Sequence record: SRR20825006_218
Length of the DNA: 42,120 bases
Reading direction: 5' to 3' (one strand)
Position 1 is the stretch's first letter, and the number at the start of each line of letters is the position of its first letter. The translations under genes and the position numbers were made by a program. Shown piece after piece: positions 27,856 through 38,145 of the stretch. The notes under the pieces are model-generated. The model had not been told where the DNA came from and ran no database searches. It was given only the letters and a program-made list of their open reading frames with translations.

Positions 27856-28542
27856 TCACTTTATCCCCAAGTTTCCAGCTTTCCACTCTTGAACGAGTTT
27901 TGCCCACGAATAAGGGTTGAGTAGATTATTAGCAGGAAGTTGGTTCTGCGTGTAAATTCTCGTTTGATTCTGATTTTGAACAAATGAGTACGAATAGGAC
28001 GCGTCATTCTCTAATTTAGCAGCTGCGAATGCTAAACTTTCACCCGAAAGTTCCCTTTGAGCACGACGAATGGCATCATCATAAGGTCGCATGTCAACAA
28101 AAGCACGAGCGAAATCTTCTCGTGAAGGCCAAGGGTAAACTTCGACAGCAGGAAGTTGTACGGTATCAAATTTCATGACGTGAATCATGGAGTATCTATT
28201 GTCTTTTAGCGTATCTGGAACGATAAACGTGGATGTTTTATGTCCATAAAAAGAAAAATAGAGCGTATCTCCGGGTAAAGCCACCAAAGAAAAATAACCG
28301 AAGTAGTCGGCGATTACACCTCGTCGTGCTGATTTATCAAAGACTGTAGCGTAAGGTAATGGATCTAATGTCTCCTCCGTTACTACAACTCCTGAAAGCT
28401 GTACTAGGTTGGAATCCAGCAGCACAGAGTCCGCTTGAGAGAACGAATTGTTACTCCAAACGATACAAATAACTGCTAACCAAAAAAACTTCAACAATTT
28501 CAATAGATTTATTTTACCAACAAGAGTAGCCAATATAATCAT
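27856..28542 (-). CDS. Carboxypeptidase-regulatory-like domain exported protein
   Basis: VQLSGVV....LDPLPYATV....RGV..D..GYFSL....GDTL.FS..G, LPAVEVYPWPS. Confidence 0.82.
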   Translation of the reverse strand: MIILATLVGKINLLKLLKFFWLAVICIVWSNNSFSQADSVLLDSNLVQLSGVVVTEETLDPLPYATVFDKSARRGVIADYFGYFSLVALPGDTLYFSFYGHKTSTFIVPDTLKDNRYSMIHVMKFDTVQLPAVEVYPWPSREDFARAFVDMRPYDDAIRRAQRELSGESLAFAAAKLENDASYSYSFVQNQNQTRIYTQNQLPANNLLNPYSWAKLVQEWKAGNLGIK

Positions 28543-28616
28543 TTCTTCAAAGATATTTTCGATTCTTTAACAAATCCTTCACAGTATTAGTGAGACGTCT
28601 ACTCAAATATTTATGT

Positions 28617-28624
28617 TACTTTTG
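28617..28624 (+). promoter_or_regulatory. -7 box TACTTTTG for guaB (a divergent TATCTTTG box lies on the minus strand at 28548-28555)
   Basis: Exact TAnnTTTG matches on both strands of the divergent intergenic region. Confidence 0.55.
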
Positions 28625-28654
28625 CAAGAATTTATTTCTTAAGTAAGTTCATTT

Positions 28655-30127
28655 ATGTCTCTTTCAAATCTCGCAGAAATTAAAGAAGGTTTAACCTACG
28701 ATGACGTGCTTCTCGTCCCTGCATATTCAGAAGTTCTTCCCAAAGACGTTGTATTAAAAAGTAAGCTGACCAGAAACATCGAGGTAAACACGCCTATTGT
28801 ATCTGCTGCAATGGATACAGTAACAGAATCCAACTTGGCAATTGCTATCGCTCAACAAGGAGGAATCGGTGTTGTACATAAGAATATGTCCATCGAAGCT
28901 CAAGCTCTTGAAGTTCGAAAGGTAAAACGGTCGGAAAGTGGAATGATTCTCGATCCAGTAACATTATTGGAAAGCGCAATCGTATCGGATGCACTCCTTT
29001 TGATGAGAGAAAACAAAATCGGAGGAATTCCAGTTATTGACGAAAACCATATCCTAAGAGGTATTGTTACCAATCGTGACTTGCGTTTTGAAAAAAATCA
29101 GCAACGTCCAATCAAAGAGGTAATGACTTCTAAAAACATCATTACAACTTCAGAGAATACCGACCTAGCAACAGCCGAAGGAATTCTTCAAGAAAACAAA
29201 ATCGAAAAATTACCTGTGGTGAATGATCAAAATAGATTGATCGGTTTAATCACCTTTAGAGATATTATCAAAGTAAAAGAGCATCCAAACTCATGTAAAG
29301 ATCAATACGGTCGTTTACGTGTAGCTGCGGCTGTTGGAGTTACAAATGATACACTGGACAGAGTAACTGCACTTGTAGAAGCTGGAGTTGATGCCATTGT
29401 AATTGACACAGCTCACGGTCACACTGAAGGTGTTGTAACAAAATTGAAAGAAGTAAAAGCACAATTCCCAAATGTTGATGTAATCGTTGGAAACATTGCA
29501 ACTGCTGAAGCAGCATTGTATCTTGTAGAAGCCGGTGCTGATGCAGTGAAGGTAGGAATTGGACCTGGGTCAATTTGCACTACGCGAATTATTGCTGGTG
29601 TTGGAGTACCTCAATTAACTGCAGTTAACGAAGTGGCTAAAGCACTAGAAGGTACAGGAGTTCCTGTGATCGCAGATGGCGGAATTCGCTACACTGGGGA
29701 CCTTGTAAAAGCAATTGCAGCTGGAGCAGACACAATCATGCTCGGATCCATGTTTGCAGGTGTTGAAGAATCTCCTGGAGAAACTATTATCTATCAAGGG
29801 CGAAAATTCAAAACTTATCGCGGAATGGGATCGCTTGAAGCCATGCAACAAGGTTCAAAAGACAGATACTTCCAAGATAGTGAGGATGATGTGAAAAAAT
29901 TAGTTCCAGAAGGAATTTCAGGTCGCGTTCCATTTAAAGGAAAATTAGACGAAGTAATGTATCAAATTATTGGTGGATTAAGATCGGGAATGGGATACTG
30001 TGGAGCACCTGATATAGAACGACTTAAAGGAGCGAGATTTGTAAGAATTACAGCCGCGGGAATGCACGAAAGTCACCCACATGATGTTACGATTACAAGA
30101 GAGGCACCAAACTATAGCTTAAAATAA
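28655..30127 (+). CDS. guaB: IMP dehydrogenase
   Basis: [19 protein letters not shown] pair, [11 protein letters not shown] (catalytic Cys), YRGMGS, VPEG. Confidence 0.99.
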   Translation: MSLSNLAEIKEGLTYDDVLLVPAYSEVLPKDVVLKSKLTRNIEVNTPIVSAAMDTVTESNLAIAIAQQGGIGVVHKNMSIEAQALEVRKVKRSESGMILDPVTLLESAIVSDALLLMRENKIGGIPVIDENHILRGIVTNRDLRFEKNQQRPIKEVMTSKNIITTSENTDLATAEGILQENKIEKLPVVNDQNRLIGLITFRDIIKVKEHPNSCKDQYGRLRVAAAVGVTNDTLDRVTALVEAGVDAIVIDTAHGHTEGVVTKLKEVKAQFPNVDVIVGNIATAEAALYLVEAGADAVKVGIGPGSICTTRIIAGVGVPQLTAVNEVAKALEGTGVPVIADGGIRYTGDLVKAIAAGADTIMLGSMFAGVEESPGETIIYQGRKFKTYRGMGSLEAMQQGSKDRYFQDSEDDVKKLVPEGISGRVPFKGKLDEVMYQIIGGLRSGMGYCGAPDIERLKGARFVRITAAGMHESHPHDVTITREAPNYSLK

Positions 30128-30200
30128 TTCGTCTATCACTTCGTAAATCAAAAATGCCTGTCTATTTTTGACAAGCTAAAAAAACTAAGTAAACACTATT

Positions 30201-32156
30201 ATGAACAAACTGATTGCATTTGCATTAACACTAATGATCGGAACTTCTGTTTTCGGACAAGATCCTGTCATCATGACAATTAATGATAAGAAGATTACTA
30301 AATCAGAATTTCTTCAAATTTATTTAAAGAACAATGATAATCCGAAGTACGATCAAGCTTCTCTCGACGAGTATGTTGAATTGTTCAAAAGATTTAAGTT
30401 GAAAGTAGCCGAAGCTGAATTGTTAGGATACGATACAATTCCGAAGTTAGTGAGAGAATTAGACGGATACGAGAAACAATTGGCTCGTCCATACATGATC
30501 GACTCTTCTAAAAACGAATCATTGATTCGCGAGGCTTATGACAGAACAATCAATGAAGTTCGCGCTTCGCATATTCTTATCCGTTGCGAGCCAAACGCTT
30601 CACCGGCAGACACGTTGATCGCTTACAACAAGATCATGGCGCTTAAAAAGCGTATTGAGAAAGGTGAGCCATTTGATCGCGTTGCAAAAGGTCCAGGAGG
30701 TTCAGAAGATCCAAGTGCAAAAAACAATGCGGGTGACTTAGGTTACTTCAATGCATTCCAAATGGTTTATCCATTCGAAGATGCAGCCTACTCTACTCCA
30801 GTTGGTACTATTTCAGAGCCATTTAGAACTCGTTTCGGTTATCATATCGTAAGTGTTGCAGACAAGCGCACAGCGAGAGGAACAATTGAAACGGCGCACT
30901 TAATGATTTCGATTGATCAAAACGCAACTCCAGAAATGGAAAACGACGCAAAGAAAAAAATTGATGAATTATACGACCTAATTCAAGCAGGAGAATCTTT
31001 CGAAGATTTAGTTGCTGAGCATTCAGATGATCCATCTTCAAGCAAAAAAGGCGGTGTTCTTCCAACTTTTGGAACAGGATCAAGCACACGTATGGTTCCT
31101 GAATTTACAGAAGCGGCATTCGCATTGAAAAATGACGGTGACATCAGTAAGCCAGTAAAAACAGACTACGGATACCATATCATTAAACGATTGAAATTGA
31201 CACCTGTTCCTTCATTCGAAACAATGAAAAAGGAATTAGAAGGAAAAGTAGCTAAAGATGTTCGTTCAGAGCGATCTCAAGCTTCATTCATTTCTAAATT
31301 GAAAAACGAATACGGGTACAAAGACAAGTCTAAATCTGGTTTGAAATGGTTCTACAAGAACTTAGACTCTACGTATTCAGCTGGAAATTTTGACTTTAGC
31401 AAATTAAAATCGAACAAAGTAATGTTCAAATTAGACGGTAAAAAATTCCGTCAGCAAGATTTCGTTCCTTTCTTGAAAAAATCAAATCGTTCTGCAGGAG
31501 ATAATGTTCAAGGTGCCATCGGAACTTTTCACAAAGACTGGGAGAAAGAAGCAATTCTTGACTACGAGCAATCGCGTTTATCAGCTAAATACCCAGCTTA
31601 CAAAGCACTTACAACTGAGTACCACGACGGAATCCTTCTTTACGAAGTAATGTCTGACAAAGTGTGGAACAAAGCAATGAAGGACACTGTTGGTCTGAAA
31701 GAATTCCATTCGAACAATGCAGCAAACTATGTTTGGGGTAAACGACTAGATGCGGACATGTTTGAATGTGCAACAATGGATATCGCAACGAAAACGAAAG
31801 AATTATTAGCGATCGATACATTAACAGCAACAACTGTTACACGAATGATGAACGAGTCGTCTGCTTTAAATGTTAAGCACAAGCGTAGTAAGTTTGATCT
31901 TGATAAAACAGAAGCTCTAAATAATGCGCCATCACCGTTGAAGAAAGGTCCAAACGATATTTACGAATTCGGAGGGAAATACTATTTCGTGAATGTAGTT
32001 GAAGTTCTCGAGCCAGGGCAAAAAGAGTTCAGCGAGGCAAAAGGAGCAATCACTTCAGACTACCAAAACTACTTAGAAGCTGAATGGCTTAAAGAATTAG
32101 AGCAAAAACACATTGTTACTATCAATAAAGACGTACTTTACAACCTTGGTAAATAA
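30201..32156 (+). CDS. Periplasmic parvulin-type peptidyl-prolyl isomerase (two PpiC domains)
   Basis: Signal peptide; VRASHIL...SEDPSA..NAGDLG..MV.PFEDAAY...FGYHI and a second SDDPSS..GG.L...YGYHII. Confidence 0.93.
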   Translation: MNKLIAFALTLMIGTSVFGQDPVIMTINDKKITKSEFLQIYLKNNDNPKYDQASLDEYVELFKRFKLKVAEAELLGYDTIPKLVRELDGYEKQLARPYMIDSSKNESLIREAYDRTINEVRASHILIRCEPNASPADTLIAYNKIMALKKRIEKGEPFDRVAKGPGGSEDPSAKNNAGDLGYFNAFQMVYPFEDAAYSTPVGTISEPFRTRFGYHIVSVADKRTARGTIETAHLMISIDQNATPEMENDAKKKIDELYDLIQAGESFEDLVAEHSDDPSSSKKGGVLPTFGTGSSTRMVPEFTEAAFALKNDGDISKPVKTDYGYHIIKRLKLTPVPSFETMKKELEGKVAKDVRSERSQASFISKLKNEYGYKDKSKSGLKWFYKNLDSTYSAGNFDFSKLKSNKVMFKLDGKKFRQQDFVPFLKKSNRSAGDNVQGAIGTFHKDWEKEAILDYEQSRLSAKYPAYKALTTEYHDGILLYEVMSDKVWNKAMKDTVGLKEFHSNNAANYVWGKRLDADMFECATMDIATKTKELLAIDTLTATTVTRMMNESSALNVKHKRSKFDLDKTEALNNAPSPLKKGPNDIYEFGGKYYFVNVVEVLEPGQKEFSEAKGAITSDYQNYLEAEWLKELEQKHIVTINKDVLYNLGK

Positions 32157-33009
32157 AACGTACATACCTCTTTTTCAGGCTAGCTTGATCGCTAGCCTGT
32201 TTTGTTTTGTCCTGATCTCATGTGGCGACAGTGAAACGGTTGTTGCAAAAATGGACGATGTTCAATTGACAGAGCACGACGCGATCATTCTAATGGAGCA
32301 CCTCGGCTACGATAGAAACGATCCCAAACAATACAACGCATTCTTAGAACAATGGTGCGAAAACGAAATGTACAAGGCAGAACTGAAAATGACTAATCCA
32401 GAGCAATCAAGATTAGTAGAACTGCGCTCGGCTTCCATTTCAGGTGATCTTGCAAAATATTACCTTCAAGAAACACTCATAAAGCAGCATTTAGACACCA
32501 TTGTTGGTAAGGAAGAAATCAGTCAGTATTACGACGAACACAAGGAAGATTTTTTGCTCCACGATTACATAGTGAAAGCACTTTACTTTAAAATCCCCAA
32601 TGGAGCCGATTTTAAATCAAAAGACATCGATCAAGCCTTCCTGTTAAAAAATGATAAAGACCTTTCGAAAGTTAATTCTTATGCCAAACTTTACGCGGAG
32701 AACTATTATTTCAACGATTCCAGTTGGACTTTTTTCAATGAATTGGTGAAAGATATTCCTTTGAAAAACTATAACAGAGAAAACATCGTTCTTAACAGAA
32801 GTAAAACGTATTTTTCGGATGACCAATTCACGTATTTCTTGAATATCATCGATTTTAAATTGAAAGATGATGTTCCTCCGTTGGAATTTCTATATGACCA
32901 AATTAAAGAAATCATTGTTTTACGAAGACTGCAAAAATTAAAAGAAGAAAACGAATCAACAATGATTCAACGAATAAAAAAGAAACATGAGATTAGCATT
33001 AATAATTAG
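32146..33009 (+). CDS. Conserved lipoprotein of the guaB-surA cluster (PPIase/chaperone-associated)
   Basis: Lipobox LISC (Cys at 32221), EISQYYDEHKEDF, PLEFLYDQIKEII; start uncertain (TTG 32146 or 32113). Confidence 0.78.
   Translation: MVNKTYIPLFQASLIASLFCFVLISCGDSETVVAKMDDVQLTEHDAIILMEHLGYDRNDPKQYNAFLEQWCENEMYKAELKMTNPEQSRLVELRSASISGDLAKYYLQETLIKQHLDTIVGKEEISQYYDEHKEDFLLHDYIVKALYFKIPNGADFKSKDIDQAFLLKNDKDLSKVNSYAKLYAENYYFNDSSWTFFNELVKDIPLKNYNRENIVLNRSKTYFSDDQFTYFLNIIDFKLKDDVPPLEFLYDQIKEIIVLRRLQKLKEENESTMIQRIKKKHEISINN
32176..32208 (+). terminator. Terminator-like hairpin after the PPIase gene, overlapping the next gene's signal-peptide codons
   Basis: CAGGCTAGC-ttgatc-GCTAGCCTG-TTTTGTTTT, about 20 nt after stop 32156. 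Confidence 0.55.
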
Positions 33010-34330
33010 TACAATCCTGCTTTCGAGCTCAATGCTCAACGCGCAAAAAACAATTGATCAAATTGCGGCACAAGTAGGTGAAAACATCATTCTTCTTTCT
33101 GATATTCAGGCACAAAAACTTCAAGCGCTTCAGGCGGGAGTTGAAGTTAATAGCGAACTAGATTGTTCAATATTGGAAGAACTCATGTATCAAAACCTTC
33201 TGATTAATCAGGCAAAACTCGATAGTCTTGATGTGAGCGATGCTCAAGTTGACGCTGAGATGGAGCAAAGAATCAGAGTTATTGAGAATCAAATTGGAGG
33301 ACGAGAAAAAATGGAAGCCTTCTACGGAAAGACAGTTGGAGCGATAAAAAATGAATTTAGACCCATCATTCGCGATCAAATGTTAGCCCAAGAAATGGAA
33401 CGTACAATTGCTATGGACGTCTCAATTACGCCGCGCGAAGTGGAAGTTTTCTTCAAGAAAATCCCAGTGGACAGCATCCCGTTGATTAACTCTCAGCTGA
33501 GCTTCCAACAAATTGTAATTTATCCTCAAGTAACCGCGTTAGACAAAGAACGAGCTTATAAAGATTTGAATGAAATTCGCACTAGTATTCTTGACGGGCA
33601 ATCGTTCAGCACGCAGGCTAGAATTCACTCGATGGATCCTGGAAGCGCGAGTAAAGGAGGAGAAATAAAAGCATCAAAAGGAATGATGGTAGCGCCTTTC
33701 GAAGCAGCTGTATTTAGCTTAAAGAAAGGAGAAATTTCCGAAGTGTTTGAATCTGAATACGGTTACCACGTAGTGAAACTCATCGAACGATTGGGAGATG
33801 ATTACACCTGTCAACACATTTTGATCTCTGCGGAATTCGACCCAAATGCTCTCGAAGCAGCCGCTGCACGTTTAGATTCGTGCTATACTGAAATCAAATC
33901 TGGGAAACTTTCTTGGGACGATGCCGTGATTAAATACTCAAATGATGAGTCGACAATGCAAAACAAGGGAATCATTACGAATCCGATCACTGGAGAGCAA
34001 ACATGGGACATGGAAGACTTGAACCAAGTAGATCAACAAATTTACTTGCTTACAAATCAGTTGGAAGTTGGCGATATTTCTCAACCGAACCTTTACACAA
34101 ACGTTTATGAGCGCAAGCAAGGAGTTCGGATCGTTCGCTTGTCAAAAAGAACAGATCCCCACCGAGCGAACTTAACGCAAGACTATTCATTAATCACACG
34201 TGCAGCTGAGAACGATAAGAAGCAGCGCATGATTAACGAATGGGTAGCTTCAAAAATTTATAGCACATACATTCGAATTAATGCTCCTTTCGATCAATGC
34301 GACTTTCAGAACGCTTGGTTGAAGAAGTAG
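32987..34330 (+). CDS. surA: SurA-like chaperone/peptidyl-prolyl isomerase
   Basis: IDQIAAQVGENIILLSDI N-domain, HSMDPGSA.KGG, MVAPFEAAVF.L..GEIS...EYGYH. Confidence 0.88.
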   Translation: MRLALIISTILLSSSMLNAQKTIDQIAAQVGENIILLSDIQAQKLQALQAGVEVNSELDCSILEELMYQNLLINQAKLDSLDVSDAQVDAEMEQRIRVIENQIGGREKMEAFYGKTVGAIKNEFRPIIRDQMLAQEMERTIAMDVSITPREVEVFFKKIPVDSIPLINSQLSFQQIVIYPQVTALDKERAYKDLNEIRTSILDGQSFSTQARIHSMDPGSASKGGEIKASKGMMVAPFEAAVFSLKKGEISEVFESEYGYHVVKLIERLGDDYTCQHILISAEFDPNALEAAAARLDSCYTEIKSGKLSWDDAVIKYSNDESTMQNKGIITNPITGEQTWDMEDLNQVDQQIYLLTNQLEVGDISQPNLYTNVYERKQGVRIVRLSKRTDPHRANLTQDYSLITRAAENDKKQRMINEWVASKIYSTYIRINAPFDQCDFQNAWLKK

Positions 34331-34366
34331 AAAAACTATCTTTAAGATTCTAAATCATCAGATACT

Positions 34367-35320
34367 ATGTCAGACAAGGCTGCAATAGACCAATTAGTAG
34401 TTCATTACAACGAACTAAAAAATGAAATTCATAAAGTAATCGTTGGACAAGACGATGTAGTTGATCAAGTGTTGATCTCCATCTTTTCGAAGGGACATTG
34501 TTTATTGGTTGGAGTTCCAGGTCTTGCGAAAACACTTTTGGTAAATACCATCTCTGATTGTCTTGGACTTGGATTTAACCGGGTTCAGTTCACGCCTGAC
34601 TTAATGCCTTCGGATATTATCGGTTCCGAAGTACTCGATGAAAAACGCGAATTCAAATTCATCAAAGGTCCATTGTTTTCGAACATCGTTCTGGCAGATG
34701 AGATTAATAGAACCCCTCCAAAAACGCAATCGGCGCTGTTAGAAGCGATGCAAGAACGATCTGTTACTGCTGCGGGAACAACGTACAAATTACCAGCTCC
34801 TTTCTTCGTTTTGGCAACACAAAACCCGATTGAACAAGAAGGTACTTATCCCCTACCCGAAGCTCAATTAGACCGTTTCATGTTTAATGTTTGGGTAGAT
34901 TATCCAACATTTGCTGAGGAAATGGCGATTGTTAAAGCAACGACTTCGAACCAAACGATAGAACTGAAAGAAGTAGTTTCTGGAGAACAAATCATTCAAT
35001 ATCAGGACTTGATTAGAAGAATTCCTGTAGCTGACAATGTCCTTGAATACGCTGTAAAATTGGTTTCTAAAACCCGCGCAAACGGTGAAAATGCTCCGAA
35101 GATTACCAAAGATTATATTACTTGGGGAGCAGGACCGAGAGCTTCACAATACTTAATTGTTGGGGCAAAATGTCACGCTGCTTTGAACGGTAAGTACTCT
35201 CCAGATATTGAAGATGTGAAAGCTGTTGCAAAACCTATTCTTCGCCACCGATTGGTTAGAAACTACCGCGCAGAAGCAGAAGGGTATTCGATGGATCGAA
35301 TTATTGAAGAATTGCTGTAA
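34367..35320 (+). CDS. moxR: MoxR-family AAA+ ATPase
   Basis: GVPGLAKT Walker A, RVQFTPDLMPSD, LADEINRTPPKTQSALLEAM, ATQNPIEQEGTYPLPEAQLDRF. Confidence 0.95.
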   Translation: MSDKAAIDQLVVHYNELKNEIHKVIVGQDDVVDQVLISIFSKGHCLLVGVPGLAKTLLVNTISDCLGLGFNRVQFTPDLMPSDIIGSEVLDEKREFKFIKGPLFSNIVLADEINRTPPKTQSALLEAMQERSVTAAGTTYKLPAPFFVLATQNPIEQEGTYPLPEAQLDRFMFNVWVDYPTFAEEMAIVKATTSNQTIELKEVVSGEQIIQYQDLIRRIPVADNVLEYAVKLVSKTRANGENAPKITKDYITWGAGPRASQYLIVGAKCHAALNGKYSPDIEDVKAVAKPILRHRLVRNYRAEAEGYSMDRIIEELL

Positions 35321-35498
35321 GCATCTACAAAGCGCAGAGAAACCATAGATCGATTAAGCAAGACTGGAGAGTTATCATATTGTCAATAAGTCAACTCTAG
35401 TTCCAAGCGACCTATTCATAAACTTTTGGGAACCGCCTAAAATCAAGAGAACCGTTCGATTTGGCTCTTTTCCGTATATTTGATTCAACGTTAAGAAA

Positions 35499-37358
35499 AT
35501 GACCATGAACAAATTAGTATCCCATTTCAAATATAAAATACTGATTTTTCTGCTCCTAAGTTGTTTTGGTAACGTGAACGGTCAAACACTAGATTCCACG
35601 CGGATCGCGGATTTCTTCAGTCCCCAGAACTTACCTCAAATCACTCAATCTTCCAAAGACTCCATTTATAAGTTAATTGGTGAAGATTTGATCTTACAGG
35701 ATATTTATCACTTTCAGGAAGCGAAGTTGAATCTTCAAACAGGAAATTTTGATGAAGTTATTAAAATCGTAAATAATTGGACTTCGCACTATCCTAAGGA
35801 GCTTCCACCATACTCGAAAGCCAAATTTTACAATATCATTGGATCGGTGTATGCCAACAAACAGGAAACCAAACGGGCCATTAATTTTTTCGAAAAAGCG
35901 CTGCGCTTAAGCGAAGAGGCAAATGAAGGTTTATCTGCTGCCATGCTGGAAAGCAACATTGCAAATATGTATTTTTCATTGGTTGATTATGAATCGGCCT
36001 ATCAACATGTTGCAAAAGGTTACCAAGAGATGAAAAAGCACCCCGATCACCATTTTTACAGCAGTTTAATGGCTATTTTAAGTATTTCGGAAGCTAAAAT
36101 TGGGAAAATGGCCGAAGCCAAAAAGCACGGTCGAATTGCACTCGAAATTGCCGAAAAAAAAGGTGATGTAATTGCGTTAATCGTATCCAATTTAGCCCTC
36201 GGTGAAGTGGCGAATAGCGAGAAAAAGTATGGCGAAGCAAAAGTATATTTATTGACATCGCTAGAACTCAGTGAAAAGTATCAACAGACATCGTTTATCA
36301 TTCTTAATTCGATCGGTTTAATGACTGCGAATTTAGGGATGAAAGAGTATTCTTCTGCGGTTCAATTTGGTGAAAAAGCATTGGATTTAGTGAGTGAAGG
36401 CGGAGATCAGACGACAAATTATTCGATCAAAAGAAACTTGGCTGCTGCCTATTTCGAGACAAATCAACCAGTGAAGGCCTATGAATTGATGCACGACGCT
36501 CATGAGATTTTCCGAACAACGAATAGCATCGAGAACAAAAAATCCATCAACGATCTCTTATTGAAATACGATACAGAGAAAAAAGAAAAACAACTCGTTG
36601 CCAGTAAAAATGAATTGCTGCAAAAGAAAATTGAGCAGAGTAACCTGATGATCATTTTAGGACTGCTTGCTGCGCTAACCATTGGTCTGATATCCACAAT
36701 CATTTTTATTCGTCATAGAACGAAAGTCCGAATCGCACTGATGAAAACGGCACAGGAAAAAAGAGTCATTCAAGCCGCTTTTGACGGAGAAGAAGTAGAA
36801 AGAGAACGAATTGCGCGCGAATTGCACGATGGTGTAGCATCCAATTTGATCGCCGTTCGCTACCAACTGATGGCAAATAAGCGAATCCCTCAGGAGGACA
36901 AAACACATTTCGACGGAATTCTTTTACAAGCCCATGAAGACATGCGGCGACTTTCACACAACTTGGCACCGTTTTCCATTGAAAAATTTGGATTCAAAAA
37001 AGCATTGAATCAATTCGCTAGCGACAATTCTAACGAAAACTGCCTCATTACTGCATCGGTGATTCCATCTGAAGCAATTCTACCAAAAGATAAAGCGAGC
37101 ATCTTGTATCGCGTAGCGCAAGAACTCACACAGAATGCCATTAAACATGCGAGTGCATCCGAAATTTCCATTCAAGTGATTGTTGAAGATAAAATATCTC
37201 TGATTGTTGAAGATGATGGGAAAGGATTCGTCTTTGAGCAAAAGAAAGACTCAAATGGAATGAGTAGTATCACGAAACGAGCAACCGAATTAAATGGTGC
37301 ATTTGAGGTCGACTCGAACCCCAAGCATGGAACGATCACCAAATTTACCATATCCTAA
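35499..37358 (+). CDS. TPR-repeat sensor histidine kinase (HisKA_3)
   Basis: Signal peptide, helical TPR-like repeats, one TM, ERERIARELHDG H-box, ELTQNAIKHA N-box, EDDGKGF; TATATTTG box at 35475-35482. Confidence 0.92.
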   Translation: MTMNKLVSHFKYKILIFLLLSCFGNVNGQTLDSTRIADFFSPQNLPQITQSSKDSIYKLIGEDLILQDIYHFQEAKLNLQTGNFDEVIKIVNNWTSHYPKELPPYSKAKFYNIIGSVYANKQETKRAINFFEKALRLSEEANEGLSAAMLESNIANMYFSLVDYESAYQHVAKGYQEMKKHPDHHFYSSLMAILSISEAKIGKMAEAKKHGRIALEIAEKKGDVIALIVSNLALGEVANSEKKYGEAKVYLLTSLELSEKYQQTSFIILNSIGLMTANLGMKEYSSAVQFGEKALDLVSEGGDQTTNYSIKRNLAAAYFETNQPVKAYELMHDAHEIFRTTNSIENKKSINDLLLKYDTEKKEKQLVASKNELLQKKIEQSNLMIILGLLAALTIGLISTIIFIRHRTKVRIALMKTAQEKRVIQAAFDGEEVERERIARELHDGVASNLIAVRYQLMANKRIPQEDKTHFDGILLQAHEDMRRLSHNLAPFSIEKFGFKKALNQFASDNSNENCLITASVIPSEAILPKDKASILYRVAQELTQNAIKHASASEISIQVIVEDKISLIVEDDGKGFVFEQKKDSNGMSSITKRATELNGAFEVDSNPKHGTITKFTIS

Positions 37359-37368
37359 TTAACACTTA

Positions 37369-38001
37369 ATGAAACTATTAATTGGAGACGATCATGAACT
37401 AATTTCGGCAGGTATTATCGCCAATTTTATCGCGAATGGTCGCACCGACGACTTTAAAACAGCGAAGAATAAAACAGAGTTGATTCAACATCTGAACAAT
37501 GAATCCTTCGATGTGCTCATCCTTGATGTTCAATTTGGAAAAGACGATGCACGTCAAATAATTCAGGAGATTGACGAAATGGGCATCGAGCTAAAAAAAA
37601 TTGCCTTGTCTTCACACGAAGAAGAATTGACCGTAAAGTCCGTTCTCGCCTCCGGATTTCAGGCCTATGTTTCGAAACGTGCTCCCTTGGAAGAACTGAT
37701 TGAAGCCGTGGAATCGGTTGTAGCCGGAAAGCAGTATGTTTCGAAAGATCTCGAACGAAGATTGTTCGCTTCCCTATTCTCCCAAGACGTATTTTCCGAT
37801 GAAATTAGATTAACTAAGCGCGAGAAAGAAGTTCTAGAGAAAATTCAAGAAGGACTCTCAACCAAAGAAATCGCAGAATTATTATTCCTAGCGGAAAAAA
37901 CAGTCGAAACCTACCGTTCCAATTTATTATTAAAATTTCAAGTGAAAAATGTAGCAAGCCTCGTAAGGGAATCTATTCTCAAAGGGTACATTTTTCGTTA
38001 G
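37369..38001 (+). CDS. NarL/LuxR-family response regulator
   Basis: GDDH acidic pocket, ILDVQ phospho-Asp, LTKREKEVL...GLSTKEIAE.L....TVETYRSNLL.K HTH. Confidence 0.95.
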   Translation: MKLLIGDDHELISAGIIANFIANGRTDDFKTAKNKTELIQHLNNESFDVLILDVQFGKDDARQIIQEIDEMGIELKKIALSSHEEELTVKSVLASGFQAYVSKRAPLEELIEAVESVVAGKQYVSKDLERRLFASLFSQDVFSDEIRLTKREKEVLEKIQEGLSTKEIAELLFLAEKTVETYRSNLLLKFQVKNVASLVRESILKGYIFR

Positions 38002-38010
38002 TCTCAAAAC

Positions 38011-38053
38011 TCAGGGTTTACCCTCGATTCCATTTCAGCAATTTCCCCCCTCG
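38011..38053 (+). promoter_or_regulatory. Candidate response-regulator binding site
   Basis: Palindrome AGGGT-TT-ACCCT (38013-38024) and a degenerate second copy TCAGCAATTTCCCC starting 24 nt after the first TCAG. Confidence 0.4.
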
Positions 38054-38145
38054 TAATTCGATCTTCATTCCTTGACCTTTGATCTATCGGACTTACGGTT
38101 CAAACCCATCGTTCGATTAACGAATTAATGATTAAAAAAACGAAC

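Noticed and set aside
28655-35320. guaB-PPIase-lipoprotein-surA-moxR as a novel system
   Set aside because: Widely conserved Bacteroidota housekeeping synteny; no vWA partner in the window to suggest anything new
35360-35406. Imperfect inverted repeat after moxR
   Set aside because: Large loop, mismatches and no U-tract; not a convincing terminator or ncRNA
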